From the NCBI GenBank assembly GCA_044360025.1, contig JBIKLC010000012.1, forward strand, positions 15,225 to 79,224: 64,000 nt of DNA, written 5' to 3'. The DNA comes from Rubrivivax sp. Its GTDB lineage: Bacteria > Pseudomonadota > Gammaproteobacteria > Burkholderiales > Burkholderiaceae_C. Each line of letters starts with the position of its first letter. Within the stretch, counting starts at the first letter, position 1. Under the pieces are notes generated by a model that saw only the letters and a program-made list of their open reading frames with translations, had not been told where the DNA came from and searched no databases. This document shows positions 21,884 to 33,253 of this stretch, piece by piece. The position numbers were made by a program, and so were the translations under genes.

Positions 21884-23073
21884 CGACGCGACGCCAGCGC
21901 CTGGCCATCCTGGGCTCCACAGGGTCCATCGGCACCAGCACGCTGGACGTGGTGGCGCTGCACCCCGAGCGCTTCGAAGTCTTCGGCCTGACGGCTTTCC
22001 GCCGCACCGATCTGCTGCTCGAGCAGTGCCGGCGGTTCCAGCCGCGCGTGGTGGTGCTGCCCGACGCCGCGCACGCCCCCGCCCTGCGCGAGCAGCTCGC
22101 TGCCGCGGGCCTGGGCACGCAGGTGCTCACCGGCCCCGCCGCGCTGGCTGAACTCGCCGCCGCGCCCGAGGTCGACGCGGTGATGGCCGCCATCGTCGGC
22201 GCTGCCGGCTTGCCAGCCTGCATGGCCGCCGCGCGCGCCGGCAAGCGGCTGCTGCTGGCCAACAAGGAGGCGCTGGTGGTCGGCGGCGGCGCCTTCATGC
22301 GCGCCGTGGCGCAGGGCGGGGCAACGCTGCTGCCCATCGACAGCGAACACAGCGCGATCTTCCAGTGCCTGCCCGAGGACCGCGCGGCCTGGCCGCGGCG
22401 CATCGACCACATCGTGCTCACCGCCAGCGGCGGGCCGTTCCGCGAGCGCGAGCACGCCAGCCTCGCCGACGTGACGCCCGCGCAGGCCGTCGCGCACCCG
22501 AACTGGGTGATGGGCCCAAAGATCTCGGTCGACTCGGCCACGATGATGAACAAGGCGCTCGAGGTCATCGAGGCGCGCTGGCTGTTCGACCTGCAGCCGG
22601 AGCAGATCCGCGTCGTCATCCACCCGCAGAGCATCATCCACAGCATGGTGATGTGCCGCGATGCCAGCGTGCTGGCGCAGCTGGGCACACCCGACATGAA
22701 GGTGCCGATCGCCTACGGGCTGTCGTTCCCCGAGCGCATCGCCAGCGGCGCCTCACGACTGGACTTCGCCGGCCTGAAGCCGCTGAGCTTCAGCGAGCCC
22801 GACCGCGCGCGCTGCCCGGGCCTGTTCCTGGCCTGGGACGCCCTGCGCGCCGCCGAGGGCACCACGGCCGTGCTCAACGCCGCCAACGAGGAAGCCGTGG
22901 CTGCCTTCCTGCAGGGCACCCTCCGCTTCACCGACATCCACCGCGTCAATGCCGAGACGCTGTCGCGGCTGCCCCCTGGCCTGAACGCCGATCCTGCCGT
23001 GGACGACCTGATCGATCTCGACCAGCGCGCCCGCGCCATCGCCCGCCACGTCATGCAGAGCCTCGCCCGATGA
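21880..23073 (+). CDS. dxr: 1-deoxy-D-xylulose-5-phosphate reductoisomerase
   Basis: ILGSTGSIG, LANKEALV, PIDSEHSAIFQ and HPNWVMGPKISVDSATMMNK. Confidence 0.97.
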   Translation: MTTRRQRLAILGSTGSIGTSTLDVVALHPERFEVFGLTAFRRTDLLLEQCRRFQPRVVVLPDAAHAPALREQLAAAGLGTQVLTGPAALAELAAAPEVDAVMAAIVGAAGLPACMAAARAGKRLLLANKEALVVGGGAFMRAVAQGGATLLPIDSEHSAIFQCLPEDRAAWPRRIDHIVLTASGGPFREREHASLADVTPAQAVAHPNWVMGPKISVDSATMMNKALEVIEARWLFDLQPEQIRVVIHPQSIIHSMVMCRDASVLAQLGTPDMKVPIAYGLSFPERIASGASRLDFAGLKPLSFSEPDRARCPGLFLAWDALRAAEGTTAVLNAANEEAVAAFLQGTLRFTDIHRVNAETLSRLPPGLNADPAVDDLIDLDQRARAIARHVMQSLAR

Positions 23074-24470
23074 TCACCACGGTGCTGGCCTTCCTGCTCA
23101 CGCTGGGCGTCCTGATCGTCATCCACGAGTACGGCCACTACCGCGTGGCCGTGGCCTGCGGCGTGAAGGTGCTGCGCTTCTCGGTGGGTTTCGGGCGCGT
23201 GATCTGGAGCCGCCGCTGGGGCGCCGACGGCACCGAGTTCACGATCAGCGCGCTGCCGTTGGGTGGCTACGTGCGCATGCTCGACGAGCGGGAGGGCGAG
23301 GTGCCGGCGCACGAGCGCCACCGCGCCTTCAACCGCCAGCCGCTGCGCCGGCGCGCCGCCATCGTCGCGGCCGGCCCGCTGGCCAACCTGGGGCTCGCGG
23401 TGTTGTTGTACGCCGGCTCGCACTGGATCGGCATCGAGGAGCCCAAGGCCGTGCTGGCGGGGCCTGCGGCCGGCACGCCCGCCGCCCAGGCCGGTCTGCG
23501 TGCCGGGGACTGGGTGCGCAGCATCGCCGGCCCCGAAGGCGGCGACTGGACCGAGCTGCGATCCATGGCCGACCTGCGCTGGGCCGTCACGCGCGCCGCG
23601 ATGAACGGCCAGGATGTCCAGCTCGCGGTCAGCGACCGCGACGGCCGTGCCCGCCGCACGCTCACGCTGCGACTGGCTGGCGTGGAGGCCCGCGACGTCG
23701 ACGCCGGCCTGATGCGGCGCGTGGGCCTGGCGGGCAACTTCAGCGAGCCGGTGCTGGGCGATGTCCTGGCCGACGGCCCGGGGGCCCGTGGCGGCCTGCG
23801 GCGCGGCGACCGCGTCTTGGCCATCGACGGCCAGCCGGTGCCCGAGGCGCTGGCGGTGGTGGAGCGCGTGCGGGCTGCCGTGGTCACCGGTGCCGACGGC
23901 CGGCCCCAGGGCCGCCCGCTGCGGTTCAGCGTAGAGCGCGAGGGCCGCACGCTGGAGCTCGAGGTCACGCCCCGCGTCGTGCAGCAGGACACCCGCGACG
24001 GCCCGCGCACGCTCGGCCGCATCGACGCCCAGCCGGGCCAGCCGCCCGAGCGCGTGCTCGTGCGCCACGGGCTCTTCGAAGGGCTGATGCTCGGCGCCGA
24101 GCGCACCTGGGAGGTCTCGGTGCTCACCGTGCGCATGCTCGGGCGCATGCTGGTGGGCGAGGCGTCGCTGAAGAACCTCTCCGGGCCCATCACTATCGCC
24201 GAGTACGCCGGGCAGAGCGTCGAGCAGGGCCTGGCTTTCTACCTCGGCTTCCTGGCGCTGGTCAGCGTGAGCCTGGGCGTGCTGAACCTGCTGCCCCTGC
24301 CCATGCTCGATGGCGGCCACCTCATGTATTACATTTTCGAAGGCGTCACCGGGCGCCCCGTGTCCGACGCATGGCTGGCCCGGCTGCAGCGCGGCGGCAT
24401 CGTGGTGCTGCTGGCAATGATGTCGGTCGCGCTGTTCAACGACGTGGCCCGCCTGCTGGGCCTTCACTAG
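23070..24470 (+). CDS. rseP: RIP metalloprotease RseP
   Basis: HEYGH zinc motif, PLGGYVRM, AGPLANL, two PDZ-like regions and NLLPLPMLDGGH. Confidence 0.96.
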   Translation: MITTVLAFLLTLGVLIVIHEYGHYRVAVACGVKVLRFSVGFGRVIWSRRWGADGTEFTISALPLGGYVRMLDEREGEVPAHERHRAFNRQPLRRRAAIVAAGPLANLGLAVLLYAGSHWIGIEEPKAVLAGPAAGTPAAQAGLRAGDWVRSIAGPEGGDWTELRSMADLRWAVTRAAMNGQDVQLAVSDRDGRARRTLTLRLAGVEARDVDAGLMRRVGLAGNFSEPVLGDVLADGPGARGGLRRGDRVLAIDGQPVPEALAVVERVRAAVVTGADGRPQGRPLRFSVEREGRTLELEVTPRVVQQDTRDGPRTLGRIDAQPGQPPERVLVRHGLFEGLMLGAERTWEVSVLTVRMLGRMLVGEASLKNLSGPITIAEYAGQSVEQGLAFYLGFLALVSVSLGVLNLLPLPMLDGGHLMYYIFEGVTGRPVSDAWLARLQRGGIVVLLAMMSVALFNDVARLLGLH

Positions 24471-24475
24471 ACCCC

Positions 24476-26800
24476 ATGCTCCCAACTTCGCTCCGGGCCT
24501 CGTCCCTGGTCCCGCTGCGTCCCCTCGCGGCGGCGATCGCCGCGGTCACGGCCGCCGGCGTGGCGGCACAGACGCCGCCGCGGGCCGTCGAGCCCTTCGT
24601 CATCGCCGATATCCGCATCGAGGGCCTGCAGCGCACCGACCCCGGCACCGTGTTCGCCGCGCTGCCCTTCCGCATCGGCGACACCTACACCGATGACAAG
24701 GGTTCTGCCGCCGTGCGCGCGCTGTTCGCCACCGGACTGTTCAAGGACGTCCGGCTCGAGATCCAGGATCGTGCCACGGTCGTGGTCGTCGAGGAGCGCG
24801 CGATCATCGCCGCCGTCACCTTCGCGGGACTGAAGGAGTTCGACAAAGACCCGCTGCTAAAGAGCCTGAAGGACGCCGGCATTGGTGAGGGCCTGCCCTA
24901 CGACCGAGCTCTCATCGACCGTGCCGAGCAGGAGATCAAGCGCCAGTACCTCAGCCGCAGCCTGTACGGCGCCGAAGTCGCGACCACGATCACGCCGCTG
25001 GAGCGCAATCGCGTGAGCGTGACCTTCACGATGAAGGAGGGTGATGCCGCGCGCATCGCCGAAGTCCGCGTCCTCGGAGCCCGCGCGTTCAGCGAGAAGG
25101 AGCTGCTCGAGCAGTTCGAGCTCACGTCCAGCGGCTGGTTCACCTGGTACACCAAGTCCGACCGCTACTCGCGCAGCAAGCTCAATTCCGATCTCGAGAA
25201 GCTGCGCGCGTGGTACCTCAACCGCGGCTACCTGGAGTTCGCGGTCGAGTCGACGCAGGTCACGATTTCGCCCGACAAGCAGTCCATCGCCATCGCCATC
25301 AGCATCCGAGAGGGTCAGCCCTACACGGTGACGGCGGTGCGCCTGGAGGGCGAGTACCTCGGTCGTGACGCGGAGTTTCGGCAGCTGGTGCTGCTGCGGG
25401 CCGGCCAGCCCTACCGCGGCGACGCGGTCACGGCCACGCAGCGGCGGTTCCAGGACCTGTTCGGACAGTATGGCTACGCCTTCGCACGCGTGGAACCGCG
25501 CACCGAGATCGACCGCGCCGCCGGCCAGGTCGTCGTGGTACTGGGGTCCGAGCCGTCTCGCCGGGTGTACGTGCGTCGCGTCGAAGTGGCGGGCAATACC
25601 CGCTCGCGCGACGAAGTCGTCCGCCGCGAGTTCCGCCAGCTTGAGAGCGCCTGGTACAACGGCAGCCTCATCCAGTTGAGCAAGCAGCGCCTCGACCGCC
25701 TCGGCTATTTCGAACAGGTCGAGGTCGAGACCAACGATGTGCCCGGCGCCCCCGACCAGGCCGACCTGGTCGTGGTTGTCAAGGAGAAGCCCACCGGCAA
25801 CCTGGCCATCGGCGCGGGCTACTCCAACGCCGAGAAGCTGACCTTCAACGCCTCGGTGAGCCAGGACAACGCCTTCGGTTCGGGCCGCAGCCTGGCCTTC
25901 GAGGTCAATACCAGCCGCTTCAACCGCCAGCTCTCGTTGCGAACGGTCGATCCGTATTTCACGGTCGATGGCGTATCGCTGGCGCTCGACGCGTACTACC
26001 GAACGGCTCGGCCGATCAACTTTTTGGGCCAGAGCTACGACCTCCGCACACCCGGCACGTCGGTGCGATTTGGTGTGCCGTTTTCCGAAACCGACACGGT
26101 ATTCGTTGGTTTGGGCTGGGAGCGCACCGAACTCGGCACCTCTGTGGGCCTGCCCTTGGCCTGGCTGAACTTTCGCGCGCTGTACGGCAACAACGCAGAC
26201 TCGATCACCACCACCTTAGGCTGGGCTCGCGATGGCCGCGACAGCCTGCTCGTGCCCAGCGCTGGCCGCTACCAGCGGGTGCTGTTCGAGTACTCGTTCG
26301 CGGGCGAAGTGCGCTACCTCAAGACCAACCTCCAGTACCAAGAGTACTGGTCTTTGCCGTTCCGCCTGACGCTCGGCGTGAACGCCGAACTCGGCATCGG
26401 CAAGGGTCTGAACGGCAACCCGTTCCCGGTGTTCAAGAACTTCTACGGCGGCGGCCTGGGTACGGTGCGTGTGTTTGAGCAGAACTCGCTGGGCACCGTC
26501 GACCCCACGGGCGCTTACATCGGTGGTGCGCGCCGCCTGAACGTGAACACCGAGCTGTACTTTCCGGTACCCGGCTCCGGCAATGACCGCACGCTGCGCG
26601 TCTTTGCGTTCGCAGACGCCGGTAATGTGTGGGCCGAGGCCGAGCGCAGCACCTGGGACTCTCTGCGCGCCTCGGTCGGTCTGGGGCTGAGCTGGATATC
26701 TCCGGTGGGCCCGCTGAAGCTGAGCTGGGGCCGGCCGATCCAGGCGCAGCGCAACGATAGAATCCAGCGTTTTCAATTCCAGATCGGGACTGCCTTCTGA
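24476..26800 (+). CDS. bamA: Outer membrane protein assembly factor BamA
   Basis: POTRA repeats (DIRIEGLQRTD, GNTRSRDEVVRRE) and a beta-barrel ending FQFQIGTAF. Confidence 0.97.
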   Translation: MLPTSLRASSLVPLRPLAAAIAAVTAAGVAAQTPPRAVEPFVIADIRIEGLQRTDPGTVFAALPFRIGDTYTDDKGSAAVRALFATGLFKDVRLEIQDRATVVVVEERAIIAAVTFAGLKEFDKDPLLKSLKDAGIGEGLPYDRALIDRAEQEIKRQYLSRSLYGAEVATTITPLERNRVSVTFTMKEGDAARIAEVRVLGARAFSEKELLEQFELTSSGWFTWYTKSDRYSRSKLNSDLEKLRAWYLNRGYLEFAVESTQVTISPDKQSIAIAISIREGQPYTVTAVRLEGEYLGRDAEFRQLVLLRAGQPYRGDAVTATQRRFQDLFGQYGYAFARVEPRTEIDRAAGQVVVVLGSEPSRRVYVRRVEVAGNTRSRDEVVRREFRQLESAWYNGSLIQLSKQRLDRLGYFEQVEVETNDVPGAPDQADLVVVVKEKPTGNLAIGAGYSNAEKLTFNASVSQDNAFGSGRSLAFEVNTSRFNRQLSLRTVDPYFTVDGVSLALDAYYRTARPINFLGQSYDLRTPGTSVRFGVPFSETDTVFVGLGWERTELGTSVGLPLAWLNFRALYGNNADSITTTLGWARDGRDSLLVPSAGRYQRVLFEYSFAGEVRYLKTNLQYQEYWSLPFRLTLGVNAELGIGKGLNGNPFPVFKNFYGGGLGTVRVFEQNSLGTVDPTGAYIGGARRLNVNTELYFPVPGSGNDRTLRVFAFADAGNVWAEAERSTWDSLRASVGLGLSWISPVGPLKLSWGRPIQAQRNDRIQRFQFQIGTAF

Positions 26801-27348
26801 TGAAGACCTTCGCTCGCCCCACGTTCAGCCGCGCCGTGGCCGCGGCGGCCCTGGTCGGCGCCGGCTTGGTCGCGATTCCGGTGGTCTCGGCCCAGGAGCT
26901 CAAGATCGGTTACGTGAACAGCGAACGCGTGTTGCGCGAAGCCGTGCCCGCACAGGCCGCTCAGCGCAAGCTCGAGGCTGAGTTCAGCAAGCGTCAGCGC
27001 GAGCTCACCGAGACCGAGCAGCGGCTTAAGGCTGCGGCCGACCGACTGGAGAAGGACGCCCCCACACTGGCCGCGGCCGATCGCGCGCGCCGCGAGCGCG
27101 AGCTCGTCGAGCAGGATCGCGACTTCCAGCGCAAGCGCCGGGAGTTCCAGGAAGACCTCACGCAGCGTCGCAACGAGGAGCTTGCGGCCGTGGTCGAGCG
27201 CGCAAACCGCGCCATCAAACAGATCTTCGACAACGAGAAGTACGACCTGATCCTGCAGGAAGTCGTGTTCGCGGGACCCCGCGTCGACATCACCGAGAAA
27301 GTGATCCGCGTGCTCAACGCGCCGGCGCCGGCCGCTGCCCCGCGCTGA
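26800..27348 (+). CDS. skp: Periplasmic chaperone Skp/OmpH
   Basis: Signal peptide, [11 protein letters not shown], a coiled coil and VDITEKVI. Confidence 0.93.
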   Translation: MKTFARPTFSRAVAAAALVGAGLVAIPVVSAQELKIGYVNSERVLREAVPAQAAQRKLEAEFSKRQRELTETEQRLKAAADRLEKDAPTLAAADRARRERELVEQDRDFQRKRREFQEDLTQRRNEELAAVVERANRAIKQIFDNEKYDLILQEVVFAGPRVDITEKVIRVLNAPAPAAAPR

Positions 27349-27368
27349 CGACACGCCCGGTGCCGGCC

Positions 27369-28406
27369 ATGACGCCGCTCGGGCCCGTACGCCTTGGCGA
27401 ACTGGCACAGCACCTGGGCGGTGAGTTGCGCGGCGATGCCGACGCACTAATCCACCGCCTCGGGACTCTGGAAACCGCTGACGCGCAGACCCTGAGCTTC
27501 CTGGCCAACCCGCGCTACCAGGCGCAGCTGGCAGCCACGCGGGCCGGCTGCGTCATCGTGGCGCCGGCGCTGGCCGATCTGGCAGCGAAGCGCGGCGCCG
27601 CGCTGGTCTGTGCCGATCCCTATCACGCCTTCGCCCGGCTCACGCAGTGGTGGGCGGCGCGCACCCGGCGGCCGGCCGTGCCTGGCGTGCACGCCAGCGC
27701 TGTGGTCGAAGAGGGCGCGCAGGTGGATGCCGCCGCCTCGGTGGGTCCGTTGTGCTTTGTGGGGCGCGGGGCGCGCATCGCCGCCGGCGCCGTACTGGGC
27801 CCGCACTGCCACGTGGGCGACGGGGCCCAGGTCGGCACCGGCACCTGGCTCAAGGCCCGCGTGATGCTGTCGGAGGGCTGCCGCATCGGGGCGCGCGGCA
27901 TCGTGCACGGCGGGGCGGTCATCGGGGCGGATGGCTTCGGCTTCGCGCCGCACGAGGGCCGCTGGGAGAAGATCGAGCAGCTCGGCGCGGTGGTCATCGG
28001 CGACGACGTCGAGATCGGCGCCAACACCTGCATCGACCGCGGCGCTCTCGACGACACCGTGCTGGGCCACGGCGTGAAGCTCGACAACCTGGTGCAGATC
28101 GGCCACAACGTGCGCATCGGCGACCACACGGCCTTCGCCGGCTGCGTTGGCGTGGCAGGCAGCGCGCGCATCGGGCGCCACTGCACGGCCGGCGGCGGCG
28201 CCATCATCCTGGGCCACCTCGAGATCGTCGACGACGTGCACATCACCGCGGCGACGCTCATCACGCGCTCGATCCACAAGCCGGGCCAGTACAGCGGCGC
28301 CTTCCCCTTCGACGACAATGCCGCCTGGGAGAAGAACGCCGCCACGCTGCGGCAGTTGCACGCCCTGCGCGAGCGGCTGCGCGCGCTGGAGAAGAAGAAC
28401 AGCTGA
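27369..28406 (+). CDS. lpxD: UDP-3-O-(3-hydroxyacyl)glucosamine N-acyltransferase
   Basis: LSFLANPRY, hexapeptide repeats, GADGFG and IDRGALDDT...[11 protein letters not shown]. Confidence 0.97.
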   Translation: MTPLGPVRLGELAQHLGGELRGDADALIHRLGTLETADAQTLSFLANPRYQAQLAATRAGCVIVAPALADLAAKRGAALVCADPYHAFARLTQWWAARTRRPAVPGVHASAVVEEGAQVDAAASVGPLCFVGRGARIAAGAVLGPHCHVGDGAQVGTGTWLKARVMLSEGCRIGARGIVHGGAVIGADGFGFAPHEGRWEKIEQLGAVVIGDDVEIGANTCIDRGALDDTVLGHGVKLDNLVQIGHNVRIGDHTAFAGCVGVAGSARIGRHCTAGGGAIILGHLEIVDDVHITAATLITRSIHKPGQYSGAFPFDDNAAWEKNAATLRQLHALRERLRALEKKNS

Positions 28407-28449
28407 CGCGCGAGCCGCGCGCGCCCACCGCCGGGGACCGGTCCACATC

Positions 28450-28890
28450 ATGCTTGACATCCAACACATCCTGCGCAAGCTGCCGCACCGCTACCCCTTC
28501 ATCCTGGTCGACCGCGTGCTGGAGATCGAGCACCACCTGCGCATCAAGGCGCTGAAGAACGTCACCATCAATGAGCCCTTCTTCCAGGGCCACTTCCCGG
28601 CGCGGCCGGTGATGCCCGGCGTGCTCATACTCGAAGCGCTTGCGCAGGCGGCGGCCATCCTGAGCTTCGAGAGCGTGGGCACCGAACCCGGCACCGACAC
28701 GGTGGTGTACTTCGCCGGCATCGACGAGGCCCGCTTCAAGCGCCCCGTGGTCCCGGGCGACCAGCTCATCCTCGAGGCCGCCATCGAGCGCCAGAAGGCC
28801 GGCATCTACCGCTACAAGGCGCGCGCGACCGTCGACGGCCACACCGCCGCCGAGGCGACGCTGATGTGCACGATGCGCAAGGTGGGCTGA
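28450..28890 (+). CDS. fabZ: 3-hydroxyacyl-ACP dehydratase
   Basis: [13 protein letters not shown] and [20 protein letters not shown]. Confidence 0.98.
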   Translation: MLDIQHILRKLPHRYPFILVDRVLEIEHHLRIKALKNVTINEPFFQGHFPARPVMPGVLILEALAQAAAILSFESVGTEPGTDTVVYFAGIDEARFKRPVVPGDQLILEAAIERQKAGIYRYKARATVDGHTAAEATLMCTMRKVG

Positions 28891-29681
28891 TGCCGGCGCG
28901 CGTGCACGCCACGGCGCTGGTGGACGCGGCCGCGGAGCTGGCCGACAGCGTCGAGATCGGCCCGTACACCACCGTCGGCGCCGGCGTGCGCATCGGCGAG
29001 GGCACGACGATCGGCTCGCACTGCGTCATCGAGGGCCCCACCACCATCGGGCGTGGCAACCGCATCGGCAGCCACAACGCGCTGGGCATCGCGCCGCAGG
29101 ACAAGAAGTACGCCGGCGAGCCGACCGAGCTCGTCATCGGCGACGGCAACACCATCTTCCAGTTCTGCACCTTCAGCCGTGGCACGGCCCAGGACGGCGG
29201 CGTCACGCGCGTGGGCGACGACAACTGGATCATGGCCTACGTGCACCTGGCGCACGACGTGCGCCTGGGCAGCCACACCATCCTGGCCAACAACGCCACG
29301 CTGGCCGGCCACGTGCACGTGGACGACTGGGCCATCGTCGGAGGCCTGTCGGGCATCCACCAGTTCTGCAGGATCGGCGCGCACGTGATGACGGGCTTCC
29401 AGAGCCACGTCAGCCAGGACGTGCCGCCCTTCATGACCGTCTCGGGCCACCCGCTGGCCGTGCACGGGTTCAATGCCGAGGGGCTTCGCCGGCGCGGCTT
29501 CAGCCGCGAGCGCATCGGCCTGGTCAAGCAGATGCACCGGCTGCTGTACCGCGAGGGCCTCACGCTCGAGGCCGCCAAGACCGCCATCGCCGCCCTGAAG
29601 GGTACGGTCGAGGGCGGAGACGCCGACGTCGACCGGCTGCTGGGCTTCCTCGCCGCCAGCACGCGCGGCATCGTCCGCTAG
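28890..29681 (+). CDS. lpxA: UDP-N-acetylglucosamine acyltransferase
   Basis: PQDKKYAGE, hexapeptide repeats, MAYVHLAHD and DVPPF. Confidence 0.97.
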   Translation: MPARVHATALVDAAAELADSVEIGPYTTVGAGVRIGEGTTIGSHCVIEGPTTIGRGNRIGSHNALGIAPQDKKYAGEPTELVIGDGNTIFQFCTFSRGTAQDGGVTRVGDDNWIMAYVHLAHDVRLGSHTILANNATLAGHVHVDDWAIVGGLSGIHQFCRIGAHVMTGFQSHVSQDVPPFMTVSGHPLAVHGFNAEGLRRRGFSRERIGLVKQMHRLLYREGLTLEAAKTAIAALKGTVEGGDADVDRLLGFLAASTRGIVR

Positions 29682-29692
29682 CGGGCCCGGCG

Positions 29693-30823
29693 GTGCAGCT
29701 GGCGATGGTCGCGGGCGAGGCCTCGGGCGACCTGCTCGCCTCGCTGCTGCTGGGCGGCATCCAGGCGCGCTGGCCGGCGCTGCAGGTGGCGGGTATCGGC
29801 GGCCCGCGCATGGCCGCGCTGGGCTTCGAGGCCTGGTGGCCCAGCGACCGGCTGGCGGTGCGCGGCTACGTCGAGGTGCTGCGCCACTACCGCGGCATCA
29901 AGGCCATCCGCGACCAGCTCGGCGAGCGCCTGCTGCGCGAGCGCCCGGCCGGCTTCGTGGGCATCGACGTGCCCGACTTCAACCTGGGCCTGGAGAAGCG
30001 GCTCAAGGCCGGCGGCATCCGCACCGTGCACTTCGTGTGCCCCAGCATCTGGGCCTGGCGCGGCGGCCGCGCCCGCAAGATGGCCGAGAGCTGCGACCAC
30101 GTGCTGTGCCTGTTCCCCTTCGAGCCCGAGCTGCTGGCCCGGCACGGCGTGGCCGCCACCTACGTGGGGCACCCGCTGGCCGATGCCATCCCGCTGCAGC
30201 CACCCCGGGCCGCCAGCCGCGCGGCGCTGGGCCTGGCCGAGCACGACGAGGTGCTGGCCGTGCTGCCGGGCAGCCGCCGCAGCGAGATCCACTGCATCGC
30301 CCCGCGCTTCTTGCAGGCCGTGGCGCGGCTGGCGCGTGTGCGCCCCGGGCTGCGCTTCGTGCTGCCGGTGGCGCCCGGCCTGCGCGGGCTGGTCGAGCCC
30401 CTCGTGGCGCGCCACGCACCCGACGCCGGCGTGCGCCTGCTCGACGGCCAGAGCCACGCCGCGCTGGCGGCCTGCGACCTGACGCTCATCGCCAGCGGCA
30501 CCGCCACGCTGGAGGCGGCCCTGTTCAAGCGGCCCATGGTCATCGGCTATGCCATGCACCCGGTGAGCTGGCAGCTGATGAAGCGCATGGCCTACCAGCC
30601 CTGGGTGGGCCTGCCCAACATCCTGGCGCGCGAGTTCGTCGTGCCCGAGCGCATCCAGGAGCGCTGCAACCCGGCGCAGCTCGAGCGCGACGTGCTCGAG
30701 TGGCTGGACGACAGCGCCCGCCGCGAGCGCGTGGCGGCCCGGTTCAACGAGCTCCACCACCTGCTGCGCCAGAACACGGCGCAGCGTGCGACCGATGCCC
30801 TCGCGCAGGTCTTCGCGCTCTAG
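29693..30823 (+). CDS. lpxB: Lipid-A-disaccharide synthase
   Basis: [33 protein letters not shown] and [10 protein letters not shown]. Confidence 0.96.
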   Translation: MQLAMVAGEASGDLLASLLLGGIQARWPALQVAGIGGPRMAALGFEAWWPSDRLAVRGYVEVLRHYRGIKAIRDQLGERLLRERPAGFVGIDVPDFNLGLEKRLKAGGIRTVHFVCPSIWAWRGGRARKMAESCDHVLCLFPFEPELLARHGVAATYVGHPLADAIPLQPPRAASRAALGLAEHDEVLAVLPGSRRSEIHCIAPRFLQAVARLARVRPGLRFVLPVAPGLRGLVEPLVARHAPDAGVRLLDGQSHAALAACDLTLIASGTATLEAALFKRPMVIGYAMHPVSWQLMKRMAYQPWVGLPNILAREFVVPERIQERCNPAQLERDVLEWLDDSARRERVAARFNELHHLLRQNTAQRATDALAQVFAL

Positions 30824-31442
30824 GCCCTTCCGCCTGGAAGAGCTGGGTCCGGGCTGGGAGGCCCCCGGCCTGGTGGCGGGCGTCGACGAGGCCGGCCGGG
30901 GCCCGCTGGCCGGCCCCGTGGTGGCCGCGGCCGTGATCCTGGACGATCTGCAGCCCATCCGCGGCCTGGCCGATTCCAAGGCGCTCACGGCGCTGCGGCG
31001 GGAGCGCCTGCACGACGAGATCCGTGCGCGCGCCCTGTGCTGCAGCGTGGCGCAGGCTAGCGTGGAGGAGATCGACCGCCTGAACATCCTGCAGGCCACG
31101 TTGCTGGCCATGCAGCGCGCCGTGGAGGGCTTGCGCCTGAGGCCGCACCGCGTGGTGGTCGACGGCAACCGGGCGCCCGCGCTGCCCATGCCCACGCAGG
31201 CCGTCGTCAAGGGCGACGCGCGGGTGGCGGTCGTCTCCGCGGCCTCGATCCTGGCCAAGGTCACGCGCGACCGCCTGTGCGACGACCTGCACCAGCGGTT
31301 TCCGCACTACGGCTTCGACGGCCACAAGGGCTACCCGACGCCGGCGCACCTGGCGGCGTTGCGCGAGCACGGGCCGTGCCCCGAGCACCGCCGCAGCTAT
31401 GCGCCGGTGCGCGCCTGCCTGGGCGAGGAGCCATCGGCGTGA
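30786..31442 (+). CDS. rnhB: Ribonuclease HII
   Basis: [38 protein letters not shown] and HKGYPT. Confidence 0.97.
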   Translation: MRPMPSRRSSRSRPFRLEELGPGWEAPGLVAGVDEAGRGPLAGPVVAAAVILDDLQPIRGLADSKALTALRRERLHDEIRARALCCSVAQASVEEIDRLNILQATLLAMQRAVEGLRLRPHRVVVDGNRAPALPMPTQAVVKGDARVAVVSAASILAKVTRDRLCDDLHQRFPHYGFDGHKGYPTPAHLAALREHGPCPEHRRSYAPVRACLGEEPSA

Positions 31443-32218
31443 GCGAGCCACAGCACATCGCCTCGCGCGACAACGCGCTGCTGGTGCGGCTGCGCCGGCT
31501 GGCGCAGGACGCGACGGCCTACCGGCGCGTCGGCCAGGCCTGGCTGGAGGGCGACCACCTCTGCGCTGCCTACGTGCGGCACGGCCGCCAGGCCGCACAG
31601 GCCGTGTACACCGACGAGGCCTGGCAGCAGCCTTCGCTGCGTGCGCTGGCCGCGGGCGCGCAGCGCGTGGTGCTGGTGCCGTCGGCACTGTTCGCCGGCA
31701 TCAGCAGCCTGCCCAGCCCGGCGCCGATGGGCTTCCTGGTCGACCTGCCCGCCGCTGCCGTGCTGCAGCCCAGGGCGCCCACGCTGGTGCTCGACCGCGT
31801 GCAGGACGCCGGCAACGTGGGCAGCATGCTGCGCAGCGCGGCGGCCTTCGGCGTGCGGCAGGTGATCGCGCTGAAGGGCACGGCCGCCCTGTGGAGCCCG
31901 AAGGTGCTGCGCGCCGGCGTGGGCGCGCATTTCGGCCTGGCCCTGTTCGACGGGGCCGAGCCCGCGCTGCTGGAGCAGCTGGCGGTGCCGCTGGTGGCCA
32001 CCAGCCCGCACGCCGAGCACGCGCTGCCGGCGGCCGCGCTGCCCTGGCCCTGCGCCTGGCTGCTGGGCCACGAAGGGCAGGGCGTCGATCCCGCGCTGCA
32101 GGCGCGCTGCGCGCACACGGTGCGCATCCCGCAGCCCGGTGGCGAGGAGTCGCTGAACGTGGCCGCCGCGGCCGCGGTGTGCCTGTACGAATCGGCGCGG
32201 CGGGCGGCCGGTCAGTAG
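31439..32218 (+). CDS. TrmH/SpoU-family RNA 2'-O-methyltransferase
   Basis: [21 protein letters not shown] and [23 protein letters not shown]. Confidence 0.92.
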   Translation: MSEPQHIASRDNALLVRLRRLAQDATAYRRVGQAWLEGDHLCAAYVRHGRQAAQAVYTDEAWQQPSLRALAAGAQRVVLVPSALFAGISSLPSPAPMGFLVDLPAAAVLQPRAPTLVLDRVQDAGNVGSMLRSAAAFGVRQVIALKGTAALWSPKVLRAGVGAHFGLALFDGAEPALLEQLAVPLVATSPHAEHALPAAALPWPCAWLLGHEGQGVDPALQARCAHTVRIPQPGGEESLNVAAAAAVCLYESARRAAGQ

Positions 32219-32219
32219 G

Positions 32220-33053
32220 TCAGTAGATCAGCCGGTCCGGGCGCAGGTCGCGCAGGATGGTGGTGGCGATCTCCTCGATGCTCTTGTGCGTGGACGACAG
32301 CCACGACACCCCCTCTCGACGCATCATGGCCTCGGCCTCGCGCACCTCGTAGCGGCAGTTCTCGACCGCGGCGTACTTGCTGCCGGGACGACGCTCGTTG
32401 CGAATCTGCGAGAGGCGGTCGGGATCGATGGTCAGGCCGAAGCACTTGCGCTTGTAGGGCGCCAGCGGCGTGGGCAGGCGGCCGCGCTCGAAGTCCTCGG
32501 GGATCAGCGGGTAGTTGGCGGCCTTGATGCCGTGCTGCATGGCCAGGTACAGGCTGGTGGGCGTCTTGCCGCTGCGCGACACGCCCAGCAGGATCACGTC
32601 GGCCTGCTCGAGGTTGCGCGCGCTCTGGCCGTCGTCGTGCGCGAGGCTGAAGTTGATGGCCTCGATGCGGTCGGAGTACTCCTGGCTGCGGCTGATGTCG
32701 GAGAAGCGGCCCACGCGGTGGTTGCTCTTGACGCCGAACTCCTCCTCGAGCGGCTCGACGAAGGTGCGGAACATGTCCATCACCAGGCCCTTGCAGCCCG
32801 CGCTGCCGTCGCCGGTGAGGATGTCGCGCACGTCCTCGCGCACCAGCGTCACGAAGACGATGGGCCGACAGCCCTCTCGCTCGGCCGTGGCGTCGATCTC
32901 GGCGCGCACATGGCGGGCCTTGTCGGGGGTGTCGATGAAGGGCCGGCGCACGTGCCGCGGCTTGGCCGCGAACTGGGCCAGGATCGAGTTGCCGAAGGTC
33001 TCGGCGGTGATGCCGGTGCCGTCCGAGACAAAGAACACGGTGCGTTCGGGCAT
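32220..33053 (-). CDS. ppsR: PEP synthase regulatory protein (kinase/pyrophosphorylase)
   Basis: VSDGTGITAE and ADVILLGVSRSGKTPTSLYLA; divergent from ppsA. Confidence 0.95.
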   Translation of the reverse strand: MPERTVFFVSDGTGITAETFGNSILAQFAAKPRHVRRPFIDTPDKARHVRAEIDATAEREGCRPIVFVTLVREDVRDILTGDGSAGCKGLVMDMFRTFVEPLEEEFGVKSNHRVGRFSDISRSQEYSDRIEAINFSLAHDDGQSARNLEQADVILLGVSRSGKTPTSLYLAMQHGIKAANYPLIPEDFERGRLPTPLAPYKRKCFGLTIDPDRLSQIRNERRPGSKYAAVENCRYEVREAEAMMRREGVSWLSSTHKSIEEIATTILRDLRPDRLIY

Positions 33054-33253
33054 GGGGGCGGGCGGGGCGGACCGGGGGCTGTCGCTATCAGGTCATCATA
33101 AGGAAACAGTCCCTAGAATCCGAAGGATTTCCCGCCTCGCCACCCTGACGTGAACCTCACCGGCCCCGAACAAGCAGAACAAGCCGCCGGCAGCAGAACG
33201 ATCCGCGTGGCGCCAGCCAGGGCACCGGTTTACCCACATCACGGAGCTTCCCC

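Noticed and set aside
33168-33199. GAACAAGC/AGCAGAAC short repeats in the ppsA leader
   Set aside because: Too short and irregular to separate from chance; at most an A-rich Hfq-binding patch.
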